DNA of 52,832 nucleotides from Bacillota bacterium (GTDB lineage Bacteria; Bacillota; Limnochordia; Darwinibacteriales; Darwinibacteriaceae). The stretch lies in the NCBI GenBank assembly GCA_012518735.1, contig JAAYRO010000127.1, forward strand, positions 1 to 52,832, given 5' to 3'. Positions 17,375 through 27,702 of this stretch are shown here, piece after piece. The notes beneath the pieces were generated by a model. It made no database searches, was not told the origin of the DNA, and saw only the letters and a list, made by a program, of their open reading frames with translations. A program made the translations under genes and the position numbers. Position 1 is the stretch's first letter; the number at the start of each line of letters is the position of its first letter.

Positions 17375-17824
17375 TTAAAACTCTCCTTGGGAACTTAGTA
17401 AAATTGTGACAGGTCCATCATTTACCAGACTTACCTGCATATCCGCTTGAAAAACGCCAGTCTGAACCGGAACTCCATTGTGGCGCAGTAGACTTACAAA
17501 CTCACCATATAGTTTCTCTGCCATTTCAGGTGAAGCTGCTTCACTGAAACTCGGTCGTCGACCCCGTCGACAGTCTCCGTATAGAGTGAACTGTGAGACG
17601 ACCAAAACAGCTCCACCAGCGTCTAGAATATTGCGGTTCATTTTACCACTTTCATCAGGAAACACACGTAAATAAGCAATCTTTTCCGCTAAATAACGGG
17701 CATCACTCTGCTCATCTTCCTGACCTACGCCAAGCAGTACTAAAAAACCGGGACCAATCTGAGAGACTATATTACCATCCACTGTTACCTGTGCTTCTAA
17801 TACTCTTTGTACGACAGCACGCAT
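17375..17824 (-). CDS. dtd: D-aminoacyl-tRNA deacylase
   Basis: 149 aa with MRAVVQRV..., SQFTLYGD...GRRPSF and NDGPVT motifs. Confidence 0.95.
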   Translation of the reverse strand: MRAVVQRVLEAQVTVDGNIVSQIGPGFLVLLGVGQEDEQSDARYLAEKIAYLRVFPDESGKMNRNILDAGGAVLVVSQFTLYGDCRRGRRPSFSEAASPEMAEKLYGEFVSLLRHNGVPVQTGVFQADMQVSLVNDGPVTILLSSQGEF

Positions 17825-17848
17825 TCATGTTCAACCTCATTTCATGAC

Positions 17849-20002
17849 TTACGTAGGATTAGCCCTACGAACACTTACTACACCATCAATCTGACGTAAT
17901 TTACCCATTACATTGTTCAGATGATTAACATCGTGGATATCGACAACTAGCTGAATAATGGCAGATTCCTGCCTTACGGTTCTAGCAGTGACTGCCTCAA
18001 TATTTGTCTTGCTCTCAGAAACGTTTGTCATAATATTTGTCAACAGATTGGGCCTGTCAATGGCTTCTATTTCTATCTCAACTGAGAAAGAATCTGATTC
18101 ATGCGTGTTCCAAAAAACTTCAATCTGACGTTCCTTATCAACGCTAAGAGCAGCAATATTGGGACAGTCTGTTCGATGAACGGAAATCCCTCTTCCTCGC
18201 GTAATATATCCTACCACATCATCACCGGGCACCGGATTACAGCATTTGGAAAACCTCACTAGAAGATTGTCTGCACCCCGAACTTCAATACCGCGGGCTT
18301 CCTTTCTTCGGCGTTTCCTTGAATCAGACCGCTTCTTTCGTTCTACTAAGTCTTTACCAGAAAGTTTCTGTAATACCTGAAAAGCTGTAACGCGACCGAA
18401 TCCAATGTTGGCTAATAACTCATCACCACTGCCCACTCCGTATTTTTTCGCGACCTTTTCCATGTTACTTTCTTCGAGAATTTCTTTTGGATCAAGGTTA
18501 GCCTTCTTAATCTCTCGATCAAGAAGTTCGCGCCCACGGAGTAAGCTCTCCTCACGCTGTTCTTCCCTTAACCAAGAACGAATCTTGCTGCGGGCTTTCG
18601 ATGTCTTTACAAAGTTCAACCAATCCCGAGTAGGGTTAGCATTCTTGCTGGTGAGAATTTCAACAAACTCGCCGTTTTTCAAAACATAATCCAATGGAAC
18701 GATCCGTCCATTTACTTTAGCTCCCACACAGCGCAGACCAACATCTGTATGAACATCAAAAGCAAAATCCACAGGAGTTGCCCCATTCGGCAGGGATTTT
18801 ACATCACCCTTAGGAGTAAAAACAAACACTTCGTCCTCGAACAGATCAATCTTGAGTGTGTCCATAAACTCATGGGGATCCTTCATCTCCTGGAGCCATT
18901 CTACGGCTTCCCGCAGCCACTCAACTTTAGCCTCATCACTGATCTTCGTAGTCTGCCCTTCTTTGTACAACCAATGAGCAGCCACACCTTTTTCCGCTAT
19001 GCGGTGCATCTCCCATGTTCGAATTTGAATTTCATATGGCTCTCCTTGAGGTCCAATCACTGTCGTATGAAGGGACTGATACATATTTGATTTGGGCATA
19101 GCCACATAGTCCTTAAAACGTCCTGGGATTGGTTTCCACAAGGCGTGAATAACCCCTAGAATTGCATAACATTCCCGCACAGTATCGACAATAATCCGCA
19201 CTGCCATCAAATCATAGATCTCATCCAGTGTCTTGTTCTGACGTACCATCTTTTGGTAGATACTGTATAGATGCTTGGGACGACCTTGGATATCACATGC
19301 AATACCGACCTCGGCCAGTCTTTCTAAAATAATATCCATGAATTCCTGCAGATCGCCTTCTCGCTCCTGCCGTTTCTTGGCAATGGCATTAACCAAGCTG
19401 TAGTATTCATCTGGATGTAAATGGCGAAAAGCCAAGTCTTCCATTTCGAACTTAATCCGCCAAATCCCGAGACGATGAGCTAAAGGTGCGAAAATGTCTA
19501 AGGTCTCTTGAGCGATTTTCTGCTGCTTTTCAGGAGAAACATGCCGTAATGTCCGCATATTGTGCAGGCGATCAGCAAGCTTAATCAAGATGACTCGAAT
19601 ATCCTCTGCCATAGCAAAAATCATCTTACGAAGATTCTCCGCCTGCCGTTCCAGTCGATTGCGAAATGGCAGTTTTTCTAATTTTGTAACCCCTTCTACC
19701 AGCATTAGGACACTTGATCCAAACTCAGCTTCTAACTCTTCTCTCGTGACCTCTGTATCCTCTAGTACGTCATGGAGAAGACCAGCTACAATCGTCTCCA
19801 CATCCAGCTCTAGATCAGCTAAGATTAGAGCCACCTCATACGGATGCTGAAAATATGGTTCACCTGACTCTCGCAGCTGACCTTCATGGGCGCGCTTAGA
19901 GAAGTGGTATGCTTTTTCAATCAGCTCCACGTTTGCTGCGGGGTAATATGCAGTTATTCGATTAATCAGCACCTGCAGACTCAAGAGCGCACCTTCCTTC
20001 AC
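17849..20002 (-). CDS. relA: bifunctional (p)ppGpp synthetase/hydrolase RelA/SpoT (Rel)
   Basis: Contains the HD hydrolase motif (HPYEVALILA...LLHDVLEDT), a synthetase domain, and TGS and ACT domains. The track start is GTG at 20002 without an SD. An alternative TTG at 19984 has GAAGGAAGG 7 nt upstream. Confidence 0.95.
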   Translation of the reverse strand: MKEGALLSLQVLINRITAYYPAANVELIEKAYHFSKRAHEGQLRESGEPYFQHPYEVALILADLELDVETIVAGLLHDVLEDTEVTREELEAEFGSSVLMLVEGVTKLEKLPFRNRLERQAENLRKMIFAMAEDIRVILIKLADRLHNMRTLRHVSPEKQQKIAQETLDIFAPLAHRLGIWRIKFEMEDLAFRHLHPDEYYSLVNAIAKKRQEREGDLQEFMDIILERLAEVGIACDIQGRPKHLYSIYQKMVRQNKTLDEIYDLMAVRIIVDTVRECYAILGVIHALWKPIPGRFKDYVAMPKSNMYQSLHTTVIGPQGEPYEIQIRTWEMHRIAEKGVAAHWLYKEGQTTKISDEAKVEWLREAVEWLQEMKDPHEFMDTLKIDLFEDEVFVFTPKGDVKSLPNGATPVDFAFDVHTDVGLRCVGAKVNGRIVPLDYVLKNGEFVEILTSKNANPTRDWLNFVKTSKARSKIRSWLREEQREESLLRGRELLDREIKKANLDPKEILEESNMEKVAKKYGVGSGDELLANIGFGRVTAFQVLQKLSGKDLVERKKRSDSRKRRRKEARGIEVRGADNLLVRFSKCCNPVPGDDVVGYITRGRGISVHRTDCPNIAALSVDKERQIEVFWNTHESDSFSVEIEIEAIDRPNLLTNIMTNVSESKTNIEAVTARTVRQESAIIQLVVDIHDVNHLNNVMGKLRQIDGVVSVRRANPT

Positions 20003-20005
20003 ATA

Positions 20006-20524
20006 CTAATCATGATATTCTACAAGAGTAAAGACATCGTAATCGCCTAACCGCTGTCGTCCTCCCAAATAAGTGAGTTCGACTAAAAATGCCAGCCCAG
20101 CCACTTCCCCACCGAGCTTACGAATTAGCTCGGCTGCAGCCCAGATAGTGCCGCCAGTGGCCAGCAAATCGTCTACAATCAATACTCTAGTGCCTGGCGC
20201 AAAAGAGTCAGTATGAATTTCCAAACGATCAGTACCATATTCTAAATCATATTCAACGGAAAGAACTTCCCCTGGTAATTTACCGGACTTGCGAATAAGG
20301 GTGAAGCCCAATCCCATCTCGTAGGCCAAAGGAGCACCTAAAATAAATCCTCGTGACTCTACTCCTACAACCATTTCTATTTGTTTATCTTTAAAATAAT
20401 CTGCCATTCGTCGTACCGTTTCCTGAAGCGCCTCTCCGTCTTTTAGGAGAGTAGTAATGTCTTTGAAACTAATGCCCGGTTTAGGGAAATCGGGTATCAC
20501 TCTAATTTTCTCTTTTAAGTCCAT
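20006..20524 (-). CDS. apt: adenine phosphoribosyltransferase
   Basis: 172 aa with IPDFPKPGISFKDIT and the VLIVDDLLATGGT PRPP motif. Confidence 0.96.
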   Translation of the reverse strand: MDLKEKIRVIPDFPKPGISFKDITTLLKDGEALQETVRRMADYFKDKQIEMVVGVESRGFILGAPLAYEMGLGFTLIRKSGKLPGEVLSVEYDLEYGTDRLEIHTDSFAPGTRVLIVDDLLATGGTIWAAAELIRKLGGEVAGLAFLVELTYLGGRQRLGDYDVFTLVEYHD

Positions 20525-23054
20525 CCTGGAAAAGTCCCCTTTCCAAACAATGCTTTAGATAATTTGACGATTGTCTGCGTATAGTTATGCCTTTATTATA
20601 CAAAACTGTCTTGTGCAAGTCTAGTTTCTTCGCTGGTATAGGTTGATAAACAATTACACCGTCATCGATTTTCCACAAATTCAGTTCTGTAAAGACTCCG
20701 ATTGCAAAAGGCAGTGCAGAAGCCAAACCTAGACGTTCTAGCATTTGTTGAGCATCTGAATACGGAATCTCTTCGCCCAGTTGGCGCAGATGAGAGTAAA
20801 TCCTAGCCATCCCTAATCGATCAGGATATACTTCACCTAAATATCTCTCCAGCTCACGGCGATCCCGTGGCCCAAAAGCTAATACAACTTCTCCCCCTTC
20901 TTTCACTAAATCAAACCAAGCACAGGCATTGGCCTCATGCAGAGGCGGCCGCCAAAACCATACAGAAGGCCACTGCTGTTCCAATCCACTATATCCTGTA
21001 GAAACCAACCAAGTTGGTCTAAAATCTGCTAGTTCACTTCGCTCTTCGTGCGAAAGCAGTTCATGATCAAAGGCAATAAACTGGGAACCACCTGGAACAT
21101 GAATCCGCAGATGGCGGCAGACTTCTACAGTCTCCCGTGGTGTACTTACCAAAATCAGCGTAGGCTGCAAACGGGATTGCCTTTCTAGTAAGGCTTCGGT
21201 TTTGTTCCACACACCCCGCAAGTCTACCACTGCTGCTGGTATTGTAGGAAAACGATCAGTACTAGGTTCTGTAATTAAGGCCTTGCTTACTAGGTATGGA
21301 GGAGCCCAAGAATTGTGATGTACCTTCCTCTGCCACTTTCTAACATAATCCGGTGCGACCTGTCCCCCATCCAAAGCTTTCAGCTGAAGCTGTATAGTTC
21401 TTTGATTATTCCACTCATTAATACCAGGTACAAATGCAAAGGATAAGTTCTCCTGATAGTCCTCTATTTCCTCCTCATACTGTGCAAACCCAAAACCGAT
21501 AGCAGGTAATTGACAGTTTGTTTCATCCTGTAATGTACACTGGAGATGGCGCTGGTCTCTGCCAACTTTGCGCCAACGAATAACAGAAGCATTAACCTGT
21601 AATGTAGGTCCTGGATTACCAATACCATAGGGTTCTAGTAAAGCCAATTCATTAACAAGCTCCTCTGAAATACTGTCCAAACTTACCTGAGCATCAATCA
21701 TTAATTTAGGAATGAAGTCCTCCTCTTTGAGAGTTTCATCACATAACCTAACAAATCGCTTCTGAAACTCTAAGAGATCTCCCTCTCGAATAGTAAGCCC
21801 TGCAGCCATGGCATGCCCACCGAAACGAACAAGTAAGTCCTGACATTTCTCTAACCCATGGTACAAATGGAAGCCTGAAATGCTCCGAGCAGAACCTGTA
21901 CCGATTCCATCCTGCAGGCTGATAACGATAGTAGGTCGGTAATATTTCTCAACTAACCGAGACGCAGCAATCCCAATAACCCCTTGATGCCAGCCATTTC
22001 CCCATACAACTATGGCTGGCTGTTCATGAAGGTTATATTGTTCCACAACAGCTACTGCCTGTTCGACAATAGAGTCTTCAGTATCTTGACGCAGACGGTT
22101 CTCTTTATCAAGTTCCTCCGCCAGAGCCACAGCCCTATCCATCTGTGTCGCCAAGAGCAGCTCCACACCTCGGGAAGGATCTCCCATACGACCTACAGCA
22201 TTCAACCGCGGTCCTAAACGAAATCCCAAATCACCTGCAGTTGGCTCCTCCACATCTGATACGTGAAGCAGTGCCTTGAGCCCTGGCCGCTTTGTAACGC
22301 TCATCTGAGCTAATCCATGCTTTACTAAGATTCGATTTTCACCTAATAAGGGAACAAGATCGGCTACTGTACCAAGGGCGACTAAATCGAGGTACTGAGT
22401 AAAGTCTAGATCTTGTCTTTGACTTAAAGCCTGCACCAACTTGAAAGCAACCCCTACCCCAGCTAGCTCTTTTTCTGGATACATACACTGTTCCCTTTTA
22501 GGATTGAGCACAGCTAGAGCATTTGGCACTAAACTGCTTGGTTGGTGATGGTCAGTAATAATAATATCTAAACCAAGTTCTTGGGCCAATTCCACCTCCT
22601 GATAAGAAGTGATACCGCAGTCCACCGTAATAAGGAGAGACGCTTGTTCTGCAAGTTTTTCAACAGCAGCCATATTCAGCCCATACCCTTCATCTAGGCG
22701 GTTGGGAATGTAGTATGAAATCAAACTAGGTTCTAGAGCCCATGTAGAAAAAACATGAACCAAAAGCGCCGCAGCTGTCTGTCCATCCACATCGTAATCA
22801 CCGTAAACAACAATCCGCTCACCGTCAGCCAAAGCACGTTCGATGCGGTTCACAGCTTTATCCATATCTAACATCTGAAATGGATCGGGTAGAGTATCTA
22901 AAGAACACTCCAAGTACTGTAATCCGTCCCTTTTATCTACTACCCCACGATTAATCATCAGTTGAGCTGCTAGAGGGCTTACACCGAGCTCCCTCCCTAG
23001 TGTGCCGGCGGCTTCAGGATCCTGCGGATACATAATCCAACTTTTTTTATCCAT
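20502..23054 (-). CDS. recJ: single-stranded-DNA-specific exonuclease RecJ (long Firmicute form)
   Basis: Contains DHH motifs (VYGDYDVDG, ITVDCG, IITDHH) and DHHA1 (GGHAMAAG), plus a C-terminal extension of about 270 aa. ATG at 23054 follows GGAGG 7 nt upstream. The 3' end overlaps the apt start by 23 nt. Confidence 0.93.
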   Translation of the reverse strand: MDKKSWIMYPQDPEAAGTLGRELGVSPLAAQLMINRGVVDKRDGLQYLECSLDTLPDPFQMLDMDKAVNRIERALADGERIVVYGDYDVDGQTAAALLVHVFSTWALEPSLISYYIPNRLDEGYGLNMAAVEKLAEQASLLITVDCGITSYQEVELAQELGLDIIITDHHQPSSLVPNALAVLNPKREQCMYPEKELAGVGVAFKLVQALSQRQDLDFTQYLDLVALGTVADLVPLLGENRILVKHGLAQMSVTKRPGLKALLHVSDVEEPTAGDLGFRLGPRLNAVGRMGDPSRGVELLLATQMDRAVALAEELDKENRLRQDTEDSIVEQAVAVVEQYNLHEQPAIVVWGNGWHQGVIGIAASRLVEKYYRPTIVISLQDGIGTGSARSISGFHLYHGLEKCQDLLVRFGGHAMAAGLTIREGDLLEFQKRFVRLCDETLKEEDFIPKLMIDAQVSLDSISEELVNELALLEPYGIGNPGPTLQVNASVIRWRKVGRDQRHLQCTLQDETNCQLPAIGFGFAQYEEEIEDYQENLSFAFVPGINEWNNQRTIQLQLKALDGGQVAPDYVRKWQRKVHHNSWAPPYLVSKALITEPSTDRFPTIPAAVVDLRGVWNKTEALLERQSRLQPTLILVSTPRETVEVCRHLRIHVPGGSQFIAFDHELLSHEERSELADFRPTWLVSTGYSGLEQQWPSVWFWRPPLHEANACAWFDLVKEGGEVVLAFGPRDRRELERYLGEVYPDRLGMARIYSHLRQLGEEIPYSDAQQMLERLGLASALPFAIGVFTELNLWKIDDGVIVYQPIPAKKLDLHKTVLYNKGITIRRQSSNYLKHCLERGLFQDGLKREN

Positions 23055-23106
23055 AGTACAGCCTCCATCCACTGTCACTTCTATGATAACGAAGGAAACC
23101 CTGCTC

Positions 23107-23135
23107 TTGACCTTTTAGGAGGACAGTAGTATCAT
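23107..23135 (+). promoter_or_regulatory. sigma-A type promoter of hpt
   Basis: TTGACC (23107..23112), a 17-nt spacer, then TATCAT (23130..23135). Confidence 0.6.
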
Positions 23136-23154
23136 TTAATAAAAACCCGATGGG

Positions 23155-23706
23155 GTGAGTGAAATAGTGGATATCGTTGACTACATTCTAATCAGTGAAG
23201 AGGAAATACAGCAAAAGGTACGAGAGTTGGGTGAAGAGATTTCTCGAGATTATGAGGGAAAAACCATCAGCCTAATCTGTATCTTGAAGGGCGGTCTTAT
23301 GTTCCTATGTGATCTAGCCAAACATATTCGTCCACCAGTTACATACGACTTCATGTCGGTCTCTAGTTATGGAGATGCGACAGAGTCATCAGGTATAGTA
23401 CGAATTACGAAGGATTTGGAGGAAAGTATTGAGGGTAAACACGTAATCATCGTAGAGGACATCATTGATACTGGTTTGACCCTGAGCTACTTACTGAAAA
23501 ATCTCCACAGTCGAAACCCCGCTTCCTTAAGAATATGCACTCTGCTCAACAAGCCTTCTAATCGCAAAGTAGATATACCTGTAGATTACGTTGGATTCGA
23601 AGTTCCTAATGAATTCTTAGTAGGTTATGGCTTAGATTTCCGTCAGATGTACCGCAATATACCTTATGTCTTCGTGCTAAATCCTAAGTATTACGATAGT
23701 GAATGA
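23155..23706 (+). CDS. hpt: hypoxanthine phosphoribosyltransferase
   Basis: Contains LISEEEIQQKVRELG, ILKGG and the VIIVEDIIDTGLTLSYL PRPP motif, and is collinear with B. subtilis HprT. The start is either GTG at 23155 or, more likely, GTG at 23167 with GGGGTGAG 7 nt upstream. Confidence 0.93.
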   Translation: MSEIVDIVDYILISEEEIQQKVRELGEEISRDYEGKTISLICILKGGLMFLCDLAKHIRPPVTYDFMSVSSYGDATESSGIVRITKDLEESIEGKHVIIVEDIIDTGLTLSYLLKNLHSRNPASLRICTLLNKPSNRKVDIPVDYVGFEVPNEFLVGYGLDFRQMYRNIPYVFVLNPKYYDSE

Positions 23707-23708
23707 CC

Positions 23709-23736
23709 AAAACGCTCCGGAGGTCCGGAGCGTTTT
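23709..23736. terminator. bidirectional rho-independent terminator between convergent hpt and secF
   Basis: AAAACGCTCCGG-AGGT-CCGGAGCGTTTT has A/T runs on both sides. Confidence 0.8.
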
Positions 23737-23748
23737 CATTACCTGACT

Positions 23749-24636
23749 TTAATTCGCTGCAGGACTGGTAGAGCTCCTTTTACCCCTATTGACCCAAGTC
23801 AGCCACAACGAACCGGCCACTAGGAGGGAGGAATACGTACCACAGATAATACCTATTAACAAAGCAAGAGCGAAGTCTTGAATCACTCTACCACCAAAAA
23901 GAACAAGCATCAACACAACTACAAAGGTGGTAATACTTGTATTAATAGTCCGACTTAAGCTCTGTCGCAGACTCTTCTCCACAATCTCTTCATAGCTTTC
24001 TTTCTTCCGAAAGCGCAAGTTCTCCCGAATCCGATCAAATATAACAATCGTATCATTAATGGAATAGCCCACAACTGTAAGAATTGCTGCTACAAAAGGA
24101 CTATTGACTTCTCGACCAAGGAGAGCGAATAACCCAAGGACTATTAGAACATCATGGAGTAAACAGGCAACGGCAACAGCAGCAAAACGATATTCAAAGC
24201 GCAGAGTGATATAAGCCAAAATGCCGATGGATGAAATAGCTACGGCCAAAATGGCTTTTTGAATCAGTTCCCTTCCAATAACGGGACCTACCATATCTGT
24301 CTTTAGATCCACCAGCTCACCAAATTCTTTTTCAAACGCCTGATTGATTTTGAGGATATCTTCATTGTCCAATTCTTTAGTACGAACCATGAACTCATTT
24401 GGTGAGTCTAGAATCTGTACTACCGCACTCGATAGATCAACATCTGGTACTGCAGCATCCATTACGTCCCGTACCCTACTGGTCGTTACAGCCTGACCCA
24501 CTTGACGCTCTAAGATCACCCCACCTGTAAAGTCCACTCCCAGATTCAGCCCTGGAAAGAACAGCAGAATGATGGAGAGAGTGACTAGTACTGCAGAAAG
24601 GATTAATGATTTGCGACCCATTTGTACGAAACTCAT
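23749..24636 (-). CDS. secF: protein translocase subunit SecF
   Basis: 295 aa, six TM helices, conserved GVDFTGG and NDTIVIFDRIREN motifs. The ATGA overlaps the secD stop. Confidence 0.95.
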   Translation of the reverse strand: MSFVQMGRKSLILSAVLVTLSIILLFFPGLNLGVDFTGGVILERQVGQAVTTSRVRDVMDAAVPDVDLSSAVVQILDSPNEFMVRTKELDNEDILKINQAFEKEFGELVDLKTDMVGPVIGRELIQKAILAVAISSIGILAYITLRFEYRFAAVAVACLLHDVLIVLGLFALLGREVNSPFVAAILTVVGYSINDTIVIFDRIRENLRFRKKESYEEIVEKSLRQSLSRTINTSITTFVVVLMLVLFGGRVIQDFALALLIGIICGTYSSLLVAGSLWLTWVNRGKRSSTSPAAN

Positions 24637-25841
24637 TTGGTCAACCCCCTCACACCAAAATAACGAACCATCTTGTCAGGATCTCGATCAACGACCCAAT
24701 TCAGCAGAGTCTTTGTAACAACGACAGCTGTGAACATACTTACCAAAATACCTAAACCTAGAGTTACTGCAAATCCCCTCACAGACCCTGCTCCTGCGTA
24801 AAAAAGAACAATGGCTGTAATAAGAGTGGTAATATTCGAGTCAAGAATGGTCCTAAAGGCACGGCTAAACCCAGAGTCAATGGCTGACCGCAGCCGTTTT
24901 CCCTCAGCCAGTTCCTCCTTAATGCGCTCAAAGACAAGCACATTGGCATCTACTGCCATACCAATAGAAAGGATAATACCAGCAATACCTGGTAGAGTCA
25001 AAACGGCGTTAATAGCAGATAACATGCCTAATAGAATAACAATATAGCATGACAATGCAATATCAGCCACAAGCCCAGGCAGCTTATAGTAGAACATCAT
25101 ATAAACAAAGACAAGAATAACACCAACAATTCCAGCTTTAAAGCTTCGATTGATAGAATCCTGTCCTAGAGTAGGTCCTACGTTCCGAATCTCCATTATT
25201 TTCATTGGGATAGGTAGCGAACCTTCCTGCAGCAAAACGACCATGTGTCTTGCTTCTTCGTGGGTGAAAGATCCTGAAATCTGAGCTTTACCCTCCAAGA
25301 TCGGTTCGCGAATTAAGACTTCCTGTAATACTTCACCGTCAAGAACGATTTGGGTTAACTGCCCTTGATAGCGCGTCGTCATCTGGGCAAATAACTGCAC
25401 ACCTTCCCGATCAAACTCTATATCAATAGCAGGTCTTCCATAACGATCCGTTCCTAACTGCACACTCTTAACGTAAGAGCCATCTACAGCAGTATTCCCA
25501 TACGGGTCCTTAAACTCCAACAGAGCTGTCTTCCCCACTGTATCAATGGCCTGCTGTTGATCATGAATTCCTGGCAACTCCACAATCACTCTGCGAGCAC
25601 CTTGACGTTGAATAATCGGTTCAGAAACACCTAAAGCATTAATCCGACGTTCAATAATTGACACAACGCCAGCCATGTTTTCATTCGTAATAGGCTCCCC
25701 CGTCTCATCTGCCTCCAAGACTACATGAACCCCGCCTTTCAAATCCAATCCGAGGTTAAACGGAGTGACATAGAGTAAAACGCCAGCGACAACCAGTACA
25801 GCCAAGATAATTCCAATTCTCCAGCCGCTTCCCCGTCTCAA
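24633..25841 (-). CDS. secD: protein translocase subunit SecD
   Basis: Contains LGLDLKGG, DANVLVFERIKEE and related motifs. The refined start is TTG at 25841, with AAGGAGGAG 6 nt upstream. The track start at 25877 would lie at the very 5' end of the predicted transcript. Confidence 0.93.
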   Translation of the reverse strand: MRRGSGWRIGIILAVLVVAGVLLYVTPFNLGLDLKGGVHVVLEADETGEPITNENMAGVVSIIERRINALGVSEPIIQRQGARRVIVELPGIHDQQQAIDTVGKTALLEFKDPYGNTAVDGSYVKSVQLGTDRYGRPAIDIEFDREGVQLFAQMTTRYQGQLTQIVLDGEVLQEVLIREPILEGKAQISGSFTHEEARHMVVLLQEGSLPIPMKIMEIRNVGPTLGQDSINRSFKAGIVGVILVFVYMMFYYKLPGLVADIALSCYIVILLGMLSAINAVLTLPGIAGIILSIGMAVDANVLVFERIKEELAEGKRLRSAIDSGFSRAFRTILDSNITTLITAIVLFYAGAGSVRGFAVTLGLGILVSMFTAVVVTKTLLNWVVDRDPDKMVRYFGVRGLTK

Positions 25842-25885
25842 ACACGACTCCTCCTTTGTCCATTCTACTTGACACAATCAAAATC

Positions 25886-25914
25886 ATTATACTACCCTGC
25901 CCACAGCGTGTCTA
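25886..25914 (-). promoter_or_regulatory. sigma-A type promoter of secDF
   Basis: The minus strand reads TAGACA (25914..25909), a 17-nt spacer, then TATAAT (25891..25886). The -35 element overlaps the stop codon of the HD gene. Confidence 0.6.
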
Positions 25915-26574
25915 GAGCAAATGTGCTTCGTTAATGCGCAGTTTGAACTGACAGTCTAAATATTCAGCTGCCCGTCGACACATAAGCATTCGATCTAGGA
26001 ATATTTCGAAATACTCCATAATAGAGGTAATCTCTGGTTCAATAGTGATCTTCAGAGTGATCAGGTGTTGCTTTTCGTCTACATCCAGAAAAGACTTAAT
26101 CACAGCATAGTTCACCCGATCATGAATATCAAATGTCGGTTTGTCTGGATTGCGAACTCGGGTGCGGTGAACATCGGTCTTGTCGGCTAAGATCAGCGCT
26201 GCTGCAATTTCGTTTACAGGATCACCCACCTCTTCTTCATGATTTCCCACCGCGCTCAGAATCAGGGCCACTTCTTCAGGAGGCATCCCTAATTCTCTCA
26301 AAATGGGTTCAATTAACATGGCACTACTAGCTCCGTGGTGCATCCGTCCTATACAGTTCCCAATATCGTGAAGATAACCGGCGATAGCAGCCAATTCTGC
26401 CGAGCGCTCGGGATAGCATAACCGTTCTAGGACATTATGGGCAATAGAAGACACCAAATTCAAATGCCGCTTACCATGTTCAGTATAACCCATGGCCGCT
26501 AAGTTGGCATCTGCCTGCTTTATATACGCCTTTATACTGGGATGGTGACGTATCTCATTCAAGCTAACTTCCAT
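25912..26574 (-). CDS. HD domain-containing phosphohydrolase, function unknown
   Basis: Contains H...HD metal motifs (EHGKRH, GYLHDIGN, NHEEE, ADKTD). ATG at 26574 is preceded by AGGAGG. The track start at 26637 is an extension. Confidence 0.8.
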   Translation of the reverse strand: MEVSLNEIRHHPSIKAYIKQADANLAAMGYTEHGKRHLNLVSSIAHNVLERLCYPERSAELAAIAGYLHDIGNCIGRMHHGASSAMLIEPILRELGMPPEEVALILSAVGNHEEEVGDPVNEIAAALILADKTDVHRTRVRNPDKPTFDIHDRVNYAVIKSFLDVDEKQHLITLKITIEPEITSIMEYFEIFLDRMLMCRRAAEYLDCQFKLRINEAHLL

Positions 26575-26956
26575 TGTTCGACCTCCTTGTTGGGTAAATT
26601 CCTCGAGCACGTAATTGGCTATCAACATAAGAAACAAGCTCTTGAGGCGAAAGATCGTCTGTATAGACGATCAAATCAGCACTCTCACGAGCATTCTGCA
26701 GCACTTTTAGCTGCTGTTCATAGCGATTGGGTCCCCACGAAATCTGCTTTCTCTGCTTAATTGTGGAATATTCACAGTGCAAGAGAATTAAGAAATCCGG
26801 CCTGCGATACTGCCACAACCGTGGGCTAACTGAATGTTCTTGAGCCAAACTGCGAGCGTTATATCCGAATTTGCGCAGTCCAGTGGAAAGAGTTGTTTTT
26901 CCAGAAGCACAAACCCCTACAATCAAGACTAATGGTGCTTCGACCACCGCCTTCAC
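26564..26956 (-). CDS. small P-loop NTPase, function unknown
   Basis: 130 aa. Walker A GVCASGKTT lies near the N-terminus, and a hydrophobic strand plus acidic residue (PDFLILLHCE) may act as Walker B. GTG start with a weak SD. The 3' end overlaps the HD gene start by 11 nt. Confidence 0.6.
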   Translation of the reverse strand: MKAVVEAPLVLIVGVCASGKTTLSTGLRKFGYNARSLAQEHSVSPRLWQYRRPDFLILLHCEYSTIKQRKQISWGPNRYEQQLKVLQNARESADLIVYTDDLSPQELVSYVDSQLRARGIYPTRRSNNGS

Positions 26957-26973
26957 CTACTAGTTGGCTTAAA

Positions 26974-27678
26974 TTAAAACGGATATGAAACTGTCATCCG
27001 CCTAATCCCTAAGTCTTTGTCCATATCAGCCACAGACATTACTGCTACTACCATATCATCATGGGGCTTGCCCCGTTCTAATTCGATAGCGTACTGCAGT
27101 ATATCATTGGCCAATAGCTGTACATCTACTCGTGAGAATTGAAAACGTTCATATACCCAATCAAAGCTAAACCTTTCCTTCCCACCATACCGCCCAGCAT
27201 GTGTCACTCCATCTGTACAGCCTATTAAGACCGTACCTGGAAAAAGTGGTAGGCGGGAAACAGCCGGTCGAATCAGACGGCGCACCCCGATAGGTCCAAC
27301 CGGTGAATCTAAACAGTGAGAACCATCTTGATGTCCAATAATGACTGGGGTATTGGAATTGCGGGAGATTACAAAACACTGGTGGTCCAGATCGGCTGTC
27401 AGCAGGGTAACAGTAGCTGAGACTTTACCATCCCGAAAAGCATATAAATAATCATTCATCGCCCGCATAACTGCACCATCTCGAGCTCCATCTTCAATAA
27501 GACTCGCTGCTTTTGATGCAATCATATGGCTGGTGCGTTTAGCTGCCCGCCCATGCCCTTGTCCGTCCACAATGACAATGGAGAGTCCTCCCCGCGGACG
27601 CTCTACCACTTCTACCGAATCACCGCTTACTCCTACTGCGTATTTGCCTACCTTTGCTACACCAACCTGGATCTCCAT
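26974..27678 (-). CDS. PP2C-type (SpoIIE/RsbU-like) serine/threonine phosphatase domain protein, soluble
   Basis: Contains GVSGDSVEVVE, IVIVDGQGHGRAAKRTS, GCTDGVTH and HDDMVVAV, matching the PPM/SpoIIE metal-binding motif order. There are no TM helices or sensor domains. Confidence 0.8.
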   Translation of the reverse strand: MEIQVGVAKVGKYAVGVSGDSVEVVERPRGGLSIVIVDGQGHGRAAKRTSHMIASKAASLIEDGARDGAVMRAMNDYLYAFRDGKVSATVTLLTADLDHQCFVISRNSNTPVIIGHQDGSHCLDSPVGPIGVRRLIRPAVSRLPLFPGTVLIGCTDGVTHAGRYGGKERFSFDWVYERFQFSRVDVQLLANDILQYAIELERGKPHDDMVVAVMSVADMDKDLGIRRMTVSYPF

Positions 27679-27702
27679 ACCAAATCCCTACCTTTAACAA
27701 CT

